A DNA stretch of 64,000 bases from Azolla caroliniana (lineage: Eukaryota > Plantae > Polypodiophyta): contig JBHGNT010000001.1 in NCBI GenBank assembly GCA_043228905.1, positions 2,976,001 to 3,040,000 of the forward strand. The letters are read 5' to 3'. The notes beneath the pieces were generated by a model. The model searched no databases. It worked only from the letters and a program-made list of their open reading frames with translations, and was not told the DNA's origin. This document shows positions 1 to 12,119 of this stretch, piece after piece. The position numbers and the translations under genes were made by a program. Each line of letters starts with the position of its first letter. Position 1 is the stretch's first letter.

Positions 1-2973
1 TGCAAAATGCTGCTGAAGGATGTCCGACACGTTCCGGAGGTTCGATTGAACCTGATTTCGGCCGGGAGGCTAGACGATGAAGGCTACGCAGGTAGCATCC
101 GGAACGGCGTAATGAAGTTCAGCAAGGGGAGCCTGATAGTGGCTCGGGCCCGGAAAGACAACACACTGTACCTGATGAATGCCCGGTTATGTCCGGAAGA
201 GCTGAATGTGGCAGCCGACACTGCCGGTGAGCTGTGGCACAAAAGACTGTGCCACATGAGTGAGAAGGGGATGAAGAGGCTTGCAGAAGACAACCTTATT
301 CCAGTGAAGCACGTGCACCTGGAGAAGTGCACCGATTGCCTGGCCGGTAAGCAGAACCGAGCCTCCTTCCACTCAAGGCCACCGACGAGACGTAGTGTAC
401 CATTGGAGTTGGTACACACTGATGTGTGTCAAGTAGAAACGAAGTCACATGGCGGAGCCCAGTACTTCGTGACATTCATTGATGACCACAGCCGGAAGCT
501 GTGGACGGCACCGATGAAGACAAAGGACCAAGTGTTGTCCGTCTTCAAAGAACTCCACGCGAGAGTGGAAAGAGAATCCGGCAAGAAGCTGAAAGCGATA
601 CGAGCGGATAACGGAGGGGAATACCGGGGACAGTTCCAGGAGTACTGTCGCTCGAAGGGAATCCGGCTCGAGTTTACTGTGCCGAAGACGCCGGAACTGA
701 ACGGGCTGGCCGAGAGGATGAACCGGACCATAATGGAGAGGGTCCGGAGTATGCTGGCGCATGCGAAATTACCCAAGGGGTTTTGGGCTGAGGCAATGTC
801 GACGACGACATATGTGATAAACCGATCACCCTCAGTACCTTTGGACGGAGACACGCCGCAGAGAGTGTGGACCGGTAGGGAAATATCTTACCGGCATCTG
901 AAGGTGTTCGGGTGTCTCGCATACGTGCATGTGGCAAAGGACCGGAGAGGAAAGCTAGATCCGAAGACCCGGCCATGCATATTCCTCGGTTACGGCGACG
1001 ACGAGTTCGGCTACCGAGTATGGGACCCGGTCGACAAGAAGATATTCAGGAGTCGAGATATCGTCTTTATGGAGGACAAGACACTCGCCGACTGGGAGTC
1101 GGAGAAGAAGATGAAGAGCTCCAAGTCGACCGGTGAGGATAAACTCTACGAGGAGCAGTCCCGACCGGCAAGGGACCGGTTAGCACTCGAGGATCCGGCC
1201 GAAGACGGTGAAGAAACCGAACCGGCCGAAGAAGACGAAGATGATACCGGAACCGGCCCCGATCCCGAAATGGATTCGGATGAAGAAGAAGAATCGGAAG
1301 AACCGGTTACCGAAGCTCCCGAACGGAGATATCCTCTAAGAGAGAGGAGGGCCCCCCGGAGATTTCCGGATCCAGAGCACGTGCTGCTAACCGACGAGGG
1401 GGAGCCGGAGAGCTTTGAAGAAGCAAAGCACGACACCCAGAGCCGCAGGTGGTTGAGTGCCATGCAGGACGAGATGGATTCCCTGCATGAGAACCACACA
1501 TATGAACTTGTGGAGTTGCCGAAAGGAAAGCGGGCACTTCGAAACAAGTGGGTGTTCAAGCTGAAACCGGGAGATGCCGGAAACCCCCCGAGATACAAAG
1601 CCAGGATCGTGGTGAAGGGGTTTCAGCAGAAGAAGGGCGTCGACTTCGACGAGATATTTGCCCCGGTAGTGAAGATGACCTCCATCCGGACGGTGCTGAG
1701 CATAGCGGCAAGCATGGACCTCGAGGTAGAACAGATGGACGTGAAGACGGCATTCCTTCACGGTGACCTCGATGAAGAGATCTACATGCAACAACCGGAA
1801 GGATTCGAGAAGAAAGGGAAGGAGCACCTGGTATGCCGGTTGAAGAAGAGCCTTTACGGACTGAAGCAGGCTCCCCGGCAATGGTACCGGAAATTCGACT
1901 CCTTCATGACCGACGAAGGGTACCTCAAAACGCAGTCCGACCACTGCGTGTTTGTGAAGAAGTTCGAAGGCGGAGACTCTCTAATACTCCTCCTGTACGT
2001 GGACGACATGTTGATCGTCGGACGGGACCAGGTCAAGATACGGATGCTGAAGAAGGCTCTTCACCGAACCTTCTCAATGAAGGACTTGGGTCCGGCGAGG
2101 CAAATACTAGGGATGCACATCATCCGGGACCGGAAGAAGAAGCAGTTGTGGCTGTCACAGGAGAAGTACATGACGAAGGTGCTTCACCGGTTCAACATGT
2201 CGGAAGCAAGACCGGTCGGATCGACCCTCCCGGCAAACTGCAAGCTGTCCAACAAGCAAAGTCCCAAGACAAAGGCTGAAAAGGAGGATATGATGAAAGT
2301 GCCATATGCCTCAGCCGTCGGGAGCTTGATGTACGCCATGGTGTGTACGAGACCGGACATCGGATATGCAGTCGGAGTGGTGAGCCGGTACATGAGCAAT
2401 CCCGGCAAAGAGCATTGGAACGCGGCCAAGTGGATACTCCGATACCTGAAGGGCACGGCAAACGTGTGCCTCCGATTCGGCTCCGGTAAGCCCGAACTCG
2501 ACGGCTTTACTGATTCGGATATGTCGGCTGATGCAGATACCAGCCGGTCCACATCAGGGTATGTGATGACGTATGCAGGGGGAGCTGTTTCGTGGCAGTC
2601 GAGGCTGCAGAAGACGGTTGCGTTGTCAACCACGGAGGCGGAGTACATGGCAGCTGTTGAAGCTGGCAAGGAAATAATATGGATGAAGGACTTCATTAGA
2701 GAGCTCGGTATCCGACAGGAGGAGTACCGACTCTACTGCGACAGTCAGAGTGCAATCCACCTTGTGAAGAACGCGGCCTATCACTCCCGGACGAAGCACA
2801 TCCAGCGAAGATATCACTGGATCCGGGAAAGGATAGAAGACAAGGAGTTCGTGCTGACAAAGATCCACACGGACGAGAACGGATCGGATATGCTGACCAA
2901 GGTCCTCACACCCGACAAGCTGGAAGCATGCCGGAAGAGGATCGGATTGGAAAGACATCCCATGCCGAAGTGA
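1..2973 (+). CDS. Copia polyprotein, partial (end of protease, GAG-pre-integrase, integrase, RT, RNase H)
   Basis: Motifs WHKRLCH..C..C, LELVHTDV, IRADNGGEY, NGLAERMNRT, YGLKQAPRQWY, LLYVDDML, FTDSD, HSRTKHI; uninterrupted and near-identical to the ORF at 26462-30535. Confidence 0.95.
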   Translation, partial: CKMLLKDVRHVPEVRLNLISAGRLDDEGYAGSIRNGVMKFSKGSLIVARARKDNTLYLMNARLCPEELNVAADTAGELWHKRLCHMSEKGMKRLAEDNLIPVKHVHLEKCTDCLAGKQNRASFHSRPPTRRSVPLELVHTDVCQVETKSHGGAQYFVTFIDDHSRKLWTAPMKTKDQVLSVFKELHARVERESGKKLKAIRADNGGEYRGQFQEYCRSKGIRLEFTVPKTPELNGLAERMNRTIMERVRSMLAHAKLPKGFWAEAMSTTTYVINRSPSVPLDGDTPQRVWTGREISYRHLKVFGCLAYVHVAKDRRGKLDPKTRPCIFLGYGDDEFGYRVWDPVDKKIFRSRDIVFMEDKTLADWESEKKMKSSKSTGEDKLYEEQSRPARDRLALEDPAEDGEETEPAEEDEDDTGTGPDPEMDSDEEEESEEPVTEAPERRYPLRERRAPRRFPDPEHVLLTDEGEPESFEEAKHDTQSRRWLSAMQDEMDSLHENHTYELVELPKGKRALRNKWVFKLKPGDAGNPPRYKARIVVKGFQQKKGVDFDEIFAPVVKMTSIRTVLSIAASMDLEVEQMDVKTAFLHGDLDEEIYMQQPEGFEKKGKEHLVCRLKKSLYGLKQAPRQWYRKFDSFMTDEGYLKTQSDHCVFVKKFEGGDSLILLLYVDDMLIVGRDQVKIRMLKKALHRTFSMKDLGPARQILGMHIIRDRKKKQLWLSQEKYMTKVLHRFNMSEARPVGSTLPANCKLSNKQSPKTKAEKEDMMKVPYASAVGSLMYAMVCTRPDIGYAVGVVSRYMSNPGKEHWNAAKWILRYLKGTANVCLRFGSGKPELDGFTDSDMSADADTSRSTSGYVMTYAGGAVSWQSRLQKTVALSTTEAEYMAAVEAGKEIIWMKDFIRELGIRQEEYRLYCDSQSAIHLVKNAAYHSRTKHIQRRYHWIRERIEDKEFVLTKIHTDENGSDMLTKVLTPDKLEACRKRIGLERHPMPK

Positions 2974-2983
2974 AGGGGGAGTT

Positions 2984-3590
2984 TGTTGAGATTACGGTCC
3001 CTTCGGATGGGATGGTCGGATGTCGGAGATGAATGCCGACGAGCCCGGTTTCGGTTTCGGATCCGGATGACGAAGACCCCGGCTTCGGTGCCGGATGACG
3101 AATGTACCCGGAGAGCGATCCGGATGCAGGGACATATCCGTGAATATGTTCGCTATGGGCCCCTGAGGCTATAGTTGTAAATAGCCCAAAGTCGTATAAG
3201 TATAAATATGACTTAGGGCAAACTGTTTTGTTGTTGCTTCTCATTTTTTCTGTTTTTCCACTTTAGAGGAGTGAAGAGGGAGCAGCCGTGAGAGAGAGAG
3301 AGATAGAGCGCGAGAGAGGAAGAGGACGACGCCTCTGTGTATTTCCGCCGCCTGTGGCTAGGACAGCGAGCTCAAGGTCGTCGCCTTGGAGCTCGTCATT
3401 GTATACTTCTCTTTGTATAGTGTTGTTTGGAGTCTTGTACTCCCGTGGTTTTTCCCATCTAGGGTTTTCCATGTTAATCCCTGTGTACTCGTGTATTTCT
3501 CTCTTTGGTTCCTATTTTCTGCTGCATTGATCCGCGATTACTCGGTTGTGGCCGAGCGAAGAAGGTGAATCGAAGCGTTGATTCCCAACA
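2984..3590 (+). repeat. 3' LTR of Copia copy 1
   Basis: TGTTG/CAACA termini directly after the PPT; TATA-like TATAAATA, (GA)n tract, and blocks shared with LTRs at 19924 and 30546. Confidence 0.93.
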
Positions 3591-6419
3591 CAATACATGT
3601 GTTGTAGCCACATTGAGTGCCAACTATGCCTATTCTCAACCATGTTGATTGGCAACCACCATATTACATGAATTCATGTTCTACCTTGTATCTCTATAGT
3701 CTAGACTCTACCCCATGTTTGATCCCTAACTATTGGTTAGTCGAACACATCATGATGAACACGGCCATGTCCCTCCCCATATTGGTTTCCATTTCATTGA
3801 ACATAGCTAGTGGAAATTTTTGTGACACGGGCAAAAGACACTATATGTAGGTGTCAGTTAGTTCTCTACCCACTTAAATTCATGAGCCGACTCTTACTAC
3901 ATGGATCAAGATTTTTCCATCACACATCTAAATCCTTTTGTGTAAGTTCCCTTATTTAAAATCTTTATCAGTTATTAATGGACACTTCATGGATGTATTT
4001 ATGATTTTTTTGTTGAATGGATTGATTTGACATTCTAGATCCCCAACTAGCAAGTACACCAATTGACATAGATGCCCTACCATTGATCTTAAGTAATGAA
4101 TTTGGAGAATCTTAATGGACACAATACTTAAAGAAGCTATATATTTGGGGAGCATACACCTGGTTTGAATCCTTTCAAGGGATGAATGCAAAGCTATTTT
4201 TTGTACTACTCGTTATTGACATTTCGAGTACACACTTATGCTTTCAATATGACAAATGCTTCCAGAATGAATGGAAAATAACATTTTTTGAGATTTCCTT
4301 CGCATTTCCACTAAAGTTGATCTGGAAGATGTCTTCATATCAACATTGGTCAGTTTCTACAACAATTCCAAGAAAATGACCTCTATACCAAACTAAAGAA
4401 GTGTAACTTCAACAACCCAAGCCCCATCACGGTGAATGCAATTATGATTAACTACATAGAAAAACACGGGGAATTAATCACGTGGAATGCAAATTACACC
4501 AATGAAGCAACTTAATTAAGTGTTGATTTGCACCATCTTGTAATTCCTCTAGAATTCTCAGGAGGTAGAATTCCTTCCCTAGCATCCTGTTAGCTTTTGT
4601 TAATGGCAATTTAAGACATCTTAAGTAAATTCTTCAGTTTTTGTACTAAGCTTTAGAGAATACCGCACCTGATGGCAAGACTTTATTGGGGGTGTGATTC
4701 AGTCACACTACAATCAGAGGCACGCCTGCACAGTGAGGCTCGAAGCAAATAATGTGACAGACATACATGATGGGAACTGCTAGATACAAAAAGACCATTG
4801 CCACACTGAGTAGGTTTCTGTATTTTAATCTTGACTAATTAACAATCCCTTAACTCTGTTTTCCCCTCTAATCAATCTCCATTGACCCCATTAGGCTCGT
4901 TAAAATCACATGGGTGAGCTTGACGATCACGATTATGGTTGAATCATGGGTACACCATCGCAGTCAGAACCACCCTCATCGATGACTCCAAGGTTATAGT
5001 TCCTCACAGGAAAAGCAAAATCTGGATTGACACAGCCCTGGGTGGATCCATTGCCCCTCAGATGGAAGAATATGTGTCTTGATCCTATCCCCTTTTGATT
5101 AATTAAGTTGGAAGCATTATTAAGTGTCTAGAAATCTTGATATTAATCGTCTCACCTGGATCCCAATAACCAATTGCAGCATTTTATTTAAGAGCCTCCA
5201 TTATAGAATTTATACAATAACCTTACAAGTTACAATAATAGAGACTACAAGAGTTTTTTTATATTGTACCATTGTTTCAGTATGTATGTATACTAATTTA
5301 GAGTTACTTTGGGAGCTTTAAATCTTAAATAATACAAGGGGGCATTTTGGGAAATCAGTGAGAAATTAATGTTTAATTGCTTCAACTTCATTTCCATTGA
5401 AATTTTATTGGATACTGTGAACACATTGACATTCTTGTCAACTTTGTCCATCCATTTAGGGTAAAGTGTCTTGTTGACTTTAAAACTTAGAGAGCTTCTT
5501 TTTTTCCTTCTAGTTTGACAAGGGACCAGACAAAACAATATTGTGGAAATTAGGTCATAGGCACCCATGCATCATGAACATCAATACCGTTGTCTAGCAA
5601 TATTTGACAAAGGAACCAAACAATGTTGTGGAAATTAGGTTGTAGGCATTCATGTCTATGGTTTCTGCATATGATGGCTAGATTCAAGGTTGATAACCAA
5701 AAGAGAACAGGCTTAAAAAAAAAAGGAGATCAATTGTGTTGCTTTTCTCGTTTCTATACCTATCTTTTCATTGTTTCTATAAATTCCCTTGGTTATCACC
5801 TCTTGGGCACATATATGTGGTATGGAGTAATGTACGATAGAATTATCTCATTTTGCTCAATTAAATATGTTATTCGAGTAATTATGTACTTCATCAACTC
5901 ACTTCCTTCTCTCTCTTTTGGGGATTGACTATGGGCATTTTGGGAATGTAACTAAAACTTAGATGGCATTTGAGTTGTTACAAAGTTTTCCCAAATGTCA
6001 AATACCCCAACAATAATATTCAAGTGTTTTTTGAAAGAAAGATGCACCTTAGTATATTACTTGAGAACTATACATAGAGTAAATAGACGGAGAAATTTCA
6101 TCTCACTTCTATTGTGATACAAAGGTTAGTATAAGCATGTAATCAAACGGACGATGTCATATATGAAACAAGTGGAGCAATAACTATGAGCTATGCCACA
6201 GAAAAGAAGGTATGGTATAATTCCGCCTCTGACCAGAAGTTGTGTTTGAAAATAAATGAAGCCCTCGCCATCGTTTCTTAAAGGCCACTTGACGTTAGCA
6301 TAGAACATCAGTCAAACCCAACAAATCATCATATTGACCATGTATTATGTGGAGAAATAACATCTAGAATTCAATAAGCATGGTGCGGAGATGTATGTGA
6401 GCGTTGTTAAAAACACCAT

Positions 6420-8045
6420 CACATCTCGCTTTCCATATTATCCAAAGAGCCAACACCGTAATAATAATCCCAAATAACTAGATTTTCAATTCTGAACTGT
6501 TGAATAGAAGATGGAAATGAGGTGAGATAGAGGTGTCTATGAGAAAAGCAAAAGCCATGAGAAGCATGTGTACTTTCATACCTCATAACATCTCCATAAA
6601 GGACACCCCATAATACTGCCCCCTCATGAGAAAATAGATTCAACGAGAATAATGTTATCTTAGCAATAAAAACAACTTACTCCAAAATTGCTTGATCTTG
6701 GGACATAACCAAAACACATGCAGAATAGATTCCATAGGTGCACCACAATGCATTCCACAAGCATATTGCTGATTTTGCCTCAGCCAATCACCAACATGAA
6801 GTGTGTAATGCTTCAACAACCAACGAACACAAATAACTTTTTTCGGCAATTGCATACTCCACAACAATTTCCAAAATTTGGTAAGTTGCAATGAATGCAC
6901 ATTATTCGCAATCCAATGTTTCATGACAACATAGCATTTATACTTTGATTGCAACAACAAATTTCTACCTAGCTTAACCGAATATTGAAAAAACTCTAAA
7001 TGTTTACCATTTCAACCAACACTCGACTTTTTCCATTGATAATTAGCCTGATCCCAGTTCAAATTGTGAAGATGTTTTTAAAAAAAAACCTACAATGAGC
7101 AACACAACAAACATTCTTGAAAGGGTGGATCCAAAAACACTTTTTTCCGGATCATGCAACTACTCGAATATGTAGCTGAAACATTGGCGGACATCCACAC
7201 ATCCAATGCAGAAAATACATGCCACAACCTACCATCATCATCCACATTAAAGTATATCGCAACACCCGTAGTGTTAGTTACTTTAGCTCCTAAAATAACT
7301 TCTAAAGGAGAGAAATAACCAAGCTAAATATGATTACTAGAGTGGAATCATGAAGCCATAAATTGTCCCAATGCCACTTGCATATCATTGCACATAATAA
7401 CACCTCCTCGAACTGAACTCATCAACAAAGATTGTAACTGATGATTCATAACATAACACCTACATGATAGAACATTACCTGCAATTGATGCATCCAAAGA
7501 AGCCCAATTCAGCCTAGGACGGCTACCAAGCAAAAAACTTCTAGCTTAGAGAAGAGAAAATTCCAAGTCCAAGGCTGTCTCAACACGTCATGCATTGTTA
7601 AAGGCATTTTCTGAACTAGAAATTTTTAACAAACCAACTTGTGAGAATTCCATTAAAAAATCTATCTTCTGGCAAGGTTGTTGTAAACAAATGAAAATTC
7701 GTAATAAAGGCCCACCTTAATGAGGGTTGCCACACTCCGCCTATTGTCTGACACATAGTAGACAACCTATGCATCATCAGCTGATTCCAAACACATTGAA
7801 TTGGCAACATAGCTCTACACACAAATTTAGAAAGCAAAGCCTTACATTGTGATTCCTGATCCACCAACCCTAACCCACCCTTTTGTTTTGGAGCAATCAA
7901 TACTGCCCAAGCTACTTTAGGCCTTTATCTTGACTTGTTTTTCCTCCCCTAATGTAATTGCAAATGAGGCGTTGCACCTGCAAAATACATGACCTAGCAA
8001 ACAACGTAGTAGAAGCAATATACCAAATAGTTGTTAGAAGAACTT
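6420..8045 (-). pseudogene. Degenerate LINE (L1-like) ORF2 C-terminal part (post-RT and zf-RVT)
   Basis: Minus-strand peptides IAPKQKGGLGLVD and FWKLLWSMQLPKKV...CGMHCGAPMESILHVFWLCPKIKQFW match plant L1 ORF2 motifs; many stops; boundaries approximate. Confidence 0.75.
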
Positions 8046-9745
8046 GGTTAGAATATTCAAGTATTTAAATTTATGAATTCCTACTTATAATACAAAATCA
8101 ATGAATCATTGTGAGAGCTAAATTTAGGGATCTGGGTTAATTCATTACATTAATCCCAATTATGATGTGATTTGATTAAAGGTGATCACACAAATAATAA
8201 TTCATTTAGTGTTGTACTTTGCAATGCTTAGTGTTGTAGCTACAATTATTAACCATGTATTTACAATAATTCAATTTATAATTATCAATAATGTAATGTT
8301 TTCTAAGATTGACATTCAAGAGTTCATATGCTATGCTATATTATATTGCATTTGATGTGTTGATTGTTTTGATTTGAAGAGCTCTACTATGTAATGTGTA
8401 TGAGTTTTGAAGATGAAATCACAAGACTAGGTAAGTTTGATACTCATAAGCATTAAAATGTCAACTTACAAAGCATGAAATTTGGATTGCATTTTTTTAA
8501 ACAAAAAGATACGCCTTGGGATTATAAAATCACAAGAAATACAAAAGTTGTGTTGGATAAACAAATATACCAATTGATTCTCTTGTACTCACATCATGGC
8601 CGATTTGCATCTCTAGCAACAAAATCCATAAACAAAGTTAGTACACATTGTTTCCCAATCTAATGTGGGTGATTGGAAGGCGCGATGTACATTAGTTTTT
8701 GACAATGTCACTCACGAATCACGATGGTTCTGTTATAATTGTTGAATTCTGGTTGTTGCTTATTCATACATTACATGCCAGTCAATATGAAAGTTAATGC
8801 CATTCATACATTACGTGGTCAATGTTGATGCTATTTTCAAAAAGCAAATGCATTTTAAAAGGTTATGGGATTCAATGCTCATTTTTAGGGAAAATGGAGA
8901 TCACATACCATCGATGCATATTGTTCCTGTCATTTTGGAAATTTGGATTGCGTATATAGTATCAAGATCAACTTGGGTCATCCATGGTCATGGATGTTTA
9001 ATGGATGGGTGGTGGATGTTCGTGGATTAGTCCTCATGGCTATCACGGATGGGTAGTGATACATCATGCATGCGTCATGGCTATCATGGCTATCATAGAT
9101 GGGGAATGATACATCATGCACACACCATAAAGATGAAATCCTTGGTTTTAAAAGCTTGCCAACCACGTGTTTGTATTAAACTATTTTCAGTTGAGCACAA
9201 AAGCAATCATGAACGTGACACATCACCTTTCATTTTCAAAGGCATTGATTGGTACACTCAAGTTAATATTGCTAGTATTATTAAATTGGCTTGAGATAAT
9301 TTGATAGTATGGCTAATCTTACCAAATTTGTGCTCTTGGATTAACAATGATTGACTATTAAAAAGGGAACAATTAATGGACAAGGATCGTGGATATGATT
9401 ACTGACTAGTATAGGTGGATAAAAGATTGAACATATAACATTGGGACTTCTAACCATGATTATGTAACATATATGCAATTAAGCATTACTAAATTGTTCA
9501 AGGACATCCTTAATACGAATTCGTCACTAACACAATCAACAATAGGAAAATTTGAATTCAAGTTATAAGTGTTTATTTCTTTGCATGCGTAGGTGAAATT
9601 CCAAACTACAAAGCATGCCCAAAGCTTAACTTCCCCATAGTTTCCATGATGTAATAACTTTTGGAGAATATTTCGAATGCCTCCTTAGTATGTTTGTGCA
9701 TAATAAGCATTTCAAGAGCTATATATTACATTTCATATGTTTCGT

Positions 9746-10100
9746 TGAGTCAAACAATGTGTAATATGGGATGCAAACCATAATATAAGATGTCTTATAG
9801 ATGACCAGTTACAATCATTCTGTTTTATACAATGAACATTAGAATGATGTGATGCTAATTTGATTAAGGTTCGATTAGCTTCTTTTGGACAATACATTGA
9901 AGGCCTCCTTAGTAGTTATGCCACATAATAAGGACATCAAGAAATGTGTATTACATGTGATCGGTTTCCTTGAGTCAAACAATGTGTAATATTGGATGCA
10001 AACCACGATATAAGATGTTCTATAGATGATTGACAATCAATTTCTCATATACAATGAACATTACAATGATGGGATTGTTGATTTGCTTAAGGTTCACATA
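9746..10100. repeat. Diverged direct duplication (period about 225 bp)
   Basis: TGAGTCAAACAATGTGTAATAT.GGATGCAAACCA..ATATAAGATGT occurs at about 9746 and about 9971. Confidence 0.7.
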
Positions 10101-10829
10101 GCCCCTTTTCACAAAAAATAATAATTCAAAAACCCTATTGCCAAGACTTTTGGAAGTCCCAAGTATGTCACACATGATTGATATCAAAATCATGGGAGCT
10201 TTCAACTTGTCCCAAAATTGCTTGTGGAATTCAACAACTAGACTATCCCATCTAGGGAAATAAACAACCTCTCATATACTTTCATGAGGTATAAGATTGT
10301 TGATAACCCTTGGCAAAGATTTCAAGCAGGGTATGCCCATTTTTTGTGTGCATACATTAAAGATAAACTATGCAATAACTTATCCTCAGTAATCATGTGC
10401 TCTTAAGCACATATCTTCTATTAGTTCATTTAATAGATAAAATAAGAGGGGTCACTTGAAATCTTTTTCGTAAGCTCTCAATTACATTTATGTGAACTTT
10501 TGATTATTTCATTTTCATGATTACCAATAAATAATCTGACAAGAATTAATCACGCTTCAAACCTAACAAAATGCATTATAACAAACATAATATAATATAA
10601 TAATATAATAGACCATCATTTTAAAAGAATCTAGATATTTGGGGACAAATTTACTTTTCATTTACTTTTAAAAGACGATGAATCAGTTCTAGGGAGTGAC
10701 AGGGAGGCTTGATTATGTTTTCATTTACTTTTCAAATTTGGGGGGCGGTTTTCTGTGAGGATGAGTGGAGTCAAACTGTCAAAAGGTGTTGTATTAGGAC
10801 GTATACATTTAGTAGCAGGTCTTCTGTGT

Positions 10830-11320
10830 TGCTGGCTATGAGCATGCTGAAGAAGGATTGAAATGGTTCAAAGCTAGGAGCTGTGAGGGCTTGTCTCAAG
10901 ATGCAACTACTTTGGTTTCTATCTAAGGAATAACTTGGTGCAAAGTGTTGATTGCAAATTATGCTGAACATGAATATGAGCATGCTGAAGAAGCATTGAA
11001 ATGGTTCATACCTATGTATCATGGAATTCATTGATTGCGGGATACGTTGAATATGGACCTTTTAATGATGTTTTCAAATGTATTCAGCAAATGAAGTTGG
11101 AGGAGAATGTTCCAAATGTTGTAACATATTTGTGATGCTTGAAAGCATGTGGAAGAATTGGAGACGTTGACAAAGTACGAAGACTGTAGGTAGAGATTGT
11201 ATGGGATGGTCTCAAAAGTGATATTTGTATTGACAATAGTGTGATAGGGATGTATGCTAGGTGTTGATATTTGTTAGATGCACAAGATGTATTTGATACT
11301 CTTGCAAACAGAGATATTGC
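10830..11320 (+). pseudogene. PLS-class pentatricopeptide repeat (PPR) pseudogene fragment
   Basis: Manual translation: SWNSLIAGYVEYGPFNDVFKCIQQMKLEENVPNVVTYL*CLKACGRIGDVDKVRRL*VEIVWDGLKSDICIDNSVIGMYARC*YLLDAQDVFDTLANRDI, preceded by two EHAEE(G/A)LKWF half-repeats; three in-frame stops. Confidence 0.85.
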
Positions 11321-11339
11321 CCTACCAACCTCACAAGGA

Positions 11340-11710
11340 TGTCATCAGCGGATGAGTTGTGGTTAGGGGTGAAATGCCACTTGAACCGAAGACTTGTGGT
11401 TATTTCTTGCAGAATGCTCTTGGAGTAGTCTAGTTTTTGCTTGCTTCTTTCCTTCTCCCACGTGTGCCGGCAGATGACGTCTATTCGGGCGTGTTCACTC
11501 ACTCACGCGATATTGTTGGGCTATGAAAACCCAAAAAGATACAGACCCAGTTAAGGTGTGTGATATTATTGCATCAACTACCGTAGCTCCAGCCTCTTCG
11601 GGTGTCGTAAACGATGAGTGTTCGTCCTTGGAAAAATAGGATTCCTTGTTATTAGTCGCTCACACTCACCAATTTTTGGAAGGAAGGTTTGGTGTCCAAC
11701 CAAGGTTCGT
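11340..11710. mobile_element. Probable truncated LTR fragment of an unrelated family
   Basis: Starts TGTCA just after the PPR fragment, has LTR-like composition and abuts the truncated LTR of element A; no partner copy in the window. Confidence 0.3.
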
Positions 11711-11926
11711 ATACAAAAAATATTGCTTTCATTTATTATTTCACTATAGAAAATTGATGTATATTCCAGATTTCTCTAGAACATTCTAGAAACTTTAGGA
11801 GTACTCCAGACAGCACTATAAAAAGAGGCACAAGGCATTATTTCGAATCAATTCGGTTCAACACCAATCTTACGCCTCCTAGTTGTTCTTGTATCTTTCT
11901 CCTTATAATATATATCTTCTATTGCC

Positions 11927-11979
<53 letters not shown>

Positions 11980-12065
11980 CTCGTGAGTTCCACACCATCT
12001 TCTCCTCTTAAGTACTCATAGTACTCATCCTCCTCTACCTCTAGTAGTAATTCCCTCTCCGTCTT
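11711..12065 (+). repeat. 5' LTR remnant of A (both termini and the PBS missing)
   Basis: Aligns to 41660-42050 including the (CT)n(AT)n tract; roughly 9% different by eye over the first 220 bp. Confidence 0.85.
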
Positions 12066-12119
12066 CTTACTCCTCCCTTCTTTCATACTAATCCTCTTAT
12101 CCCTCCTTTCTACAATACT

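Larger units (their letters stand above)
1..3590 (+). mobile_element. Ty1/Copia LTR retrotransposon (Tnt1/Tork-like), copy 1; 5' part lies outside the window
   Basis: Open pol to 2973, PPT AAGTGAAGGGGGAG at about 2968-2981, 3' LTR TGTTG...CAACA 2984-3590. Confidence 0.96.

Noticed and set aside
84-2958. Many antisense and alternate-frame ORFs over the Copia pol genes, repeated at 27.6-30.3 kb
   Set aside because: Shadow ORFs of GC-rich coding DNA; they recur only because the two copies are nearly identical.
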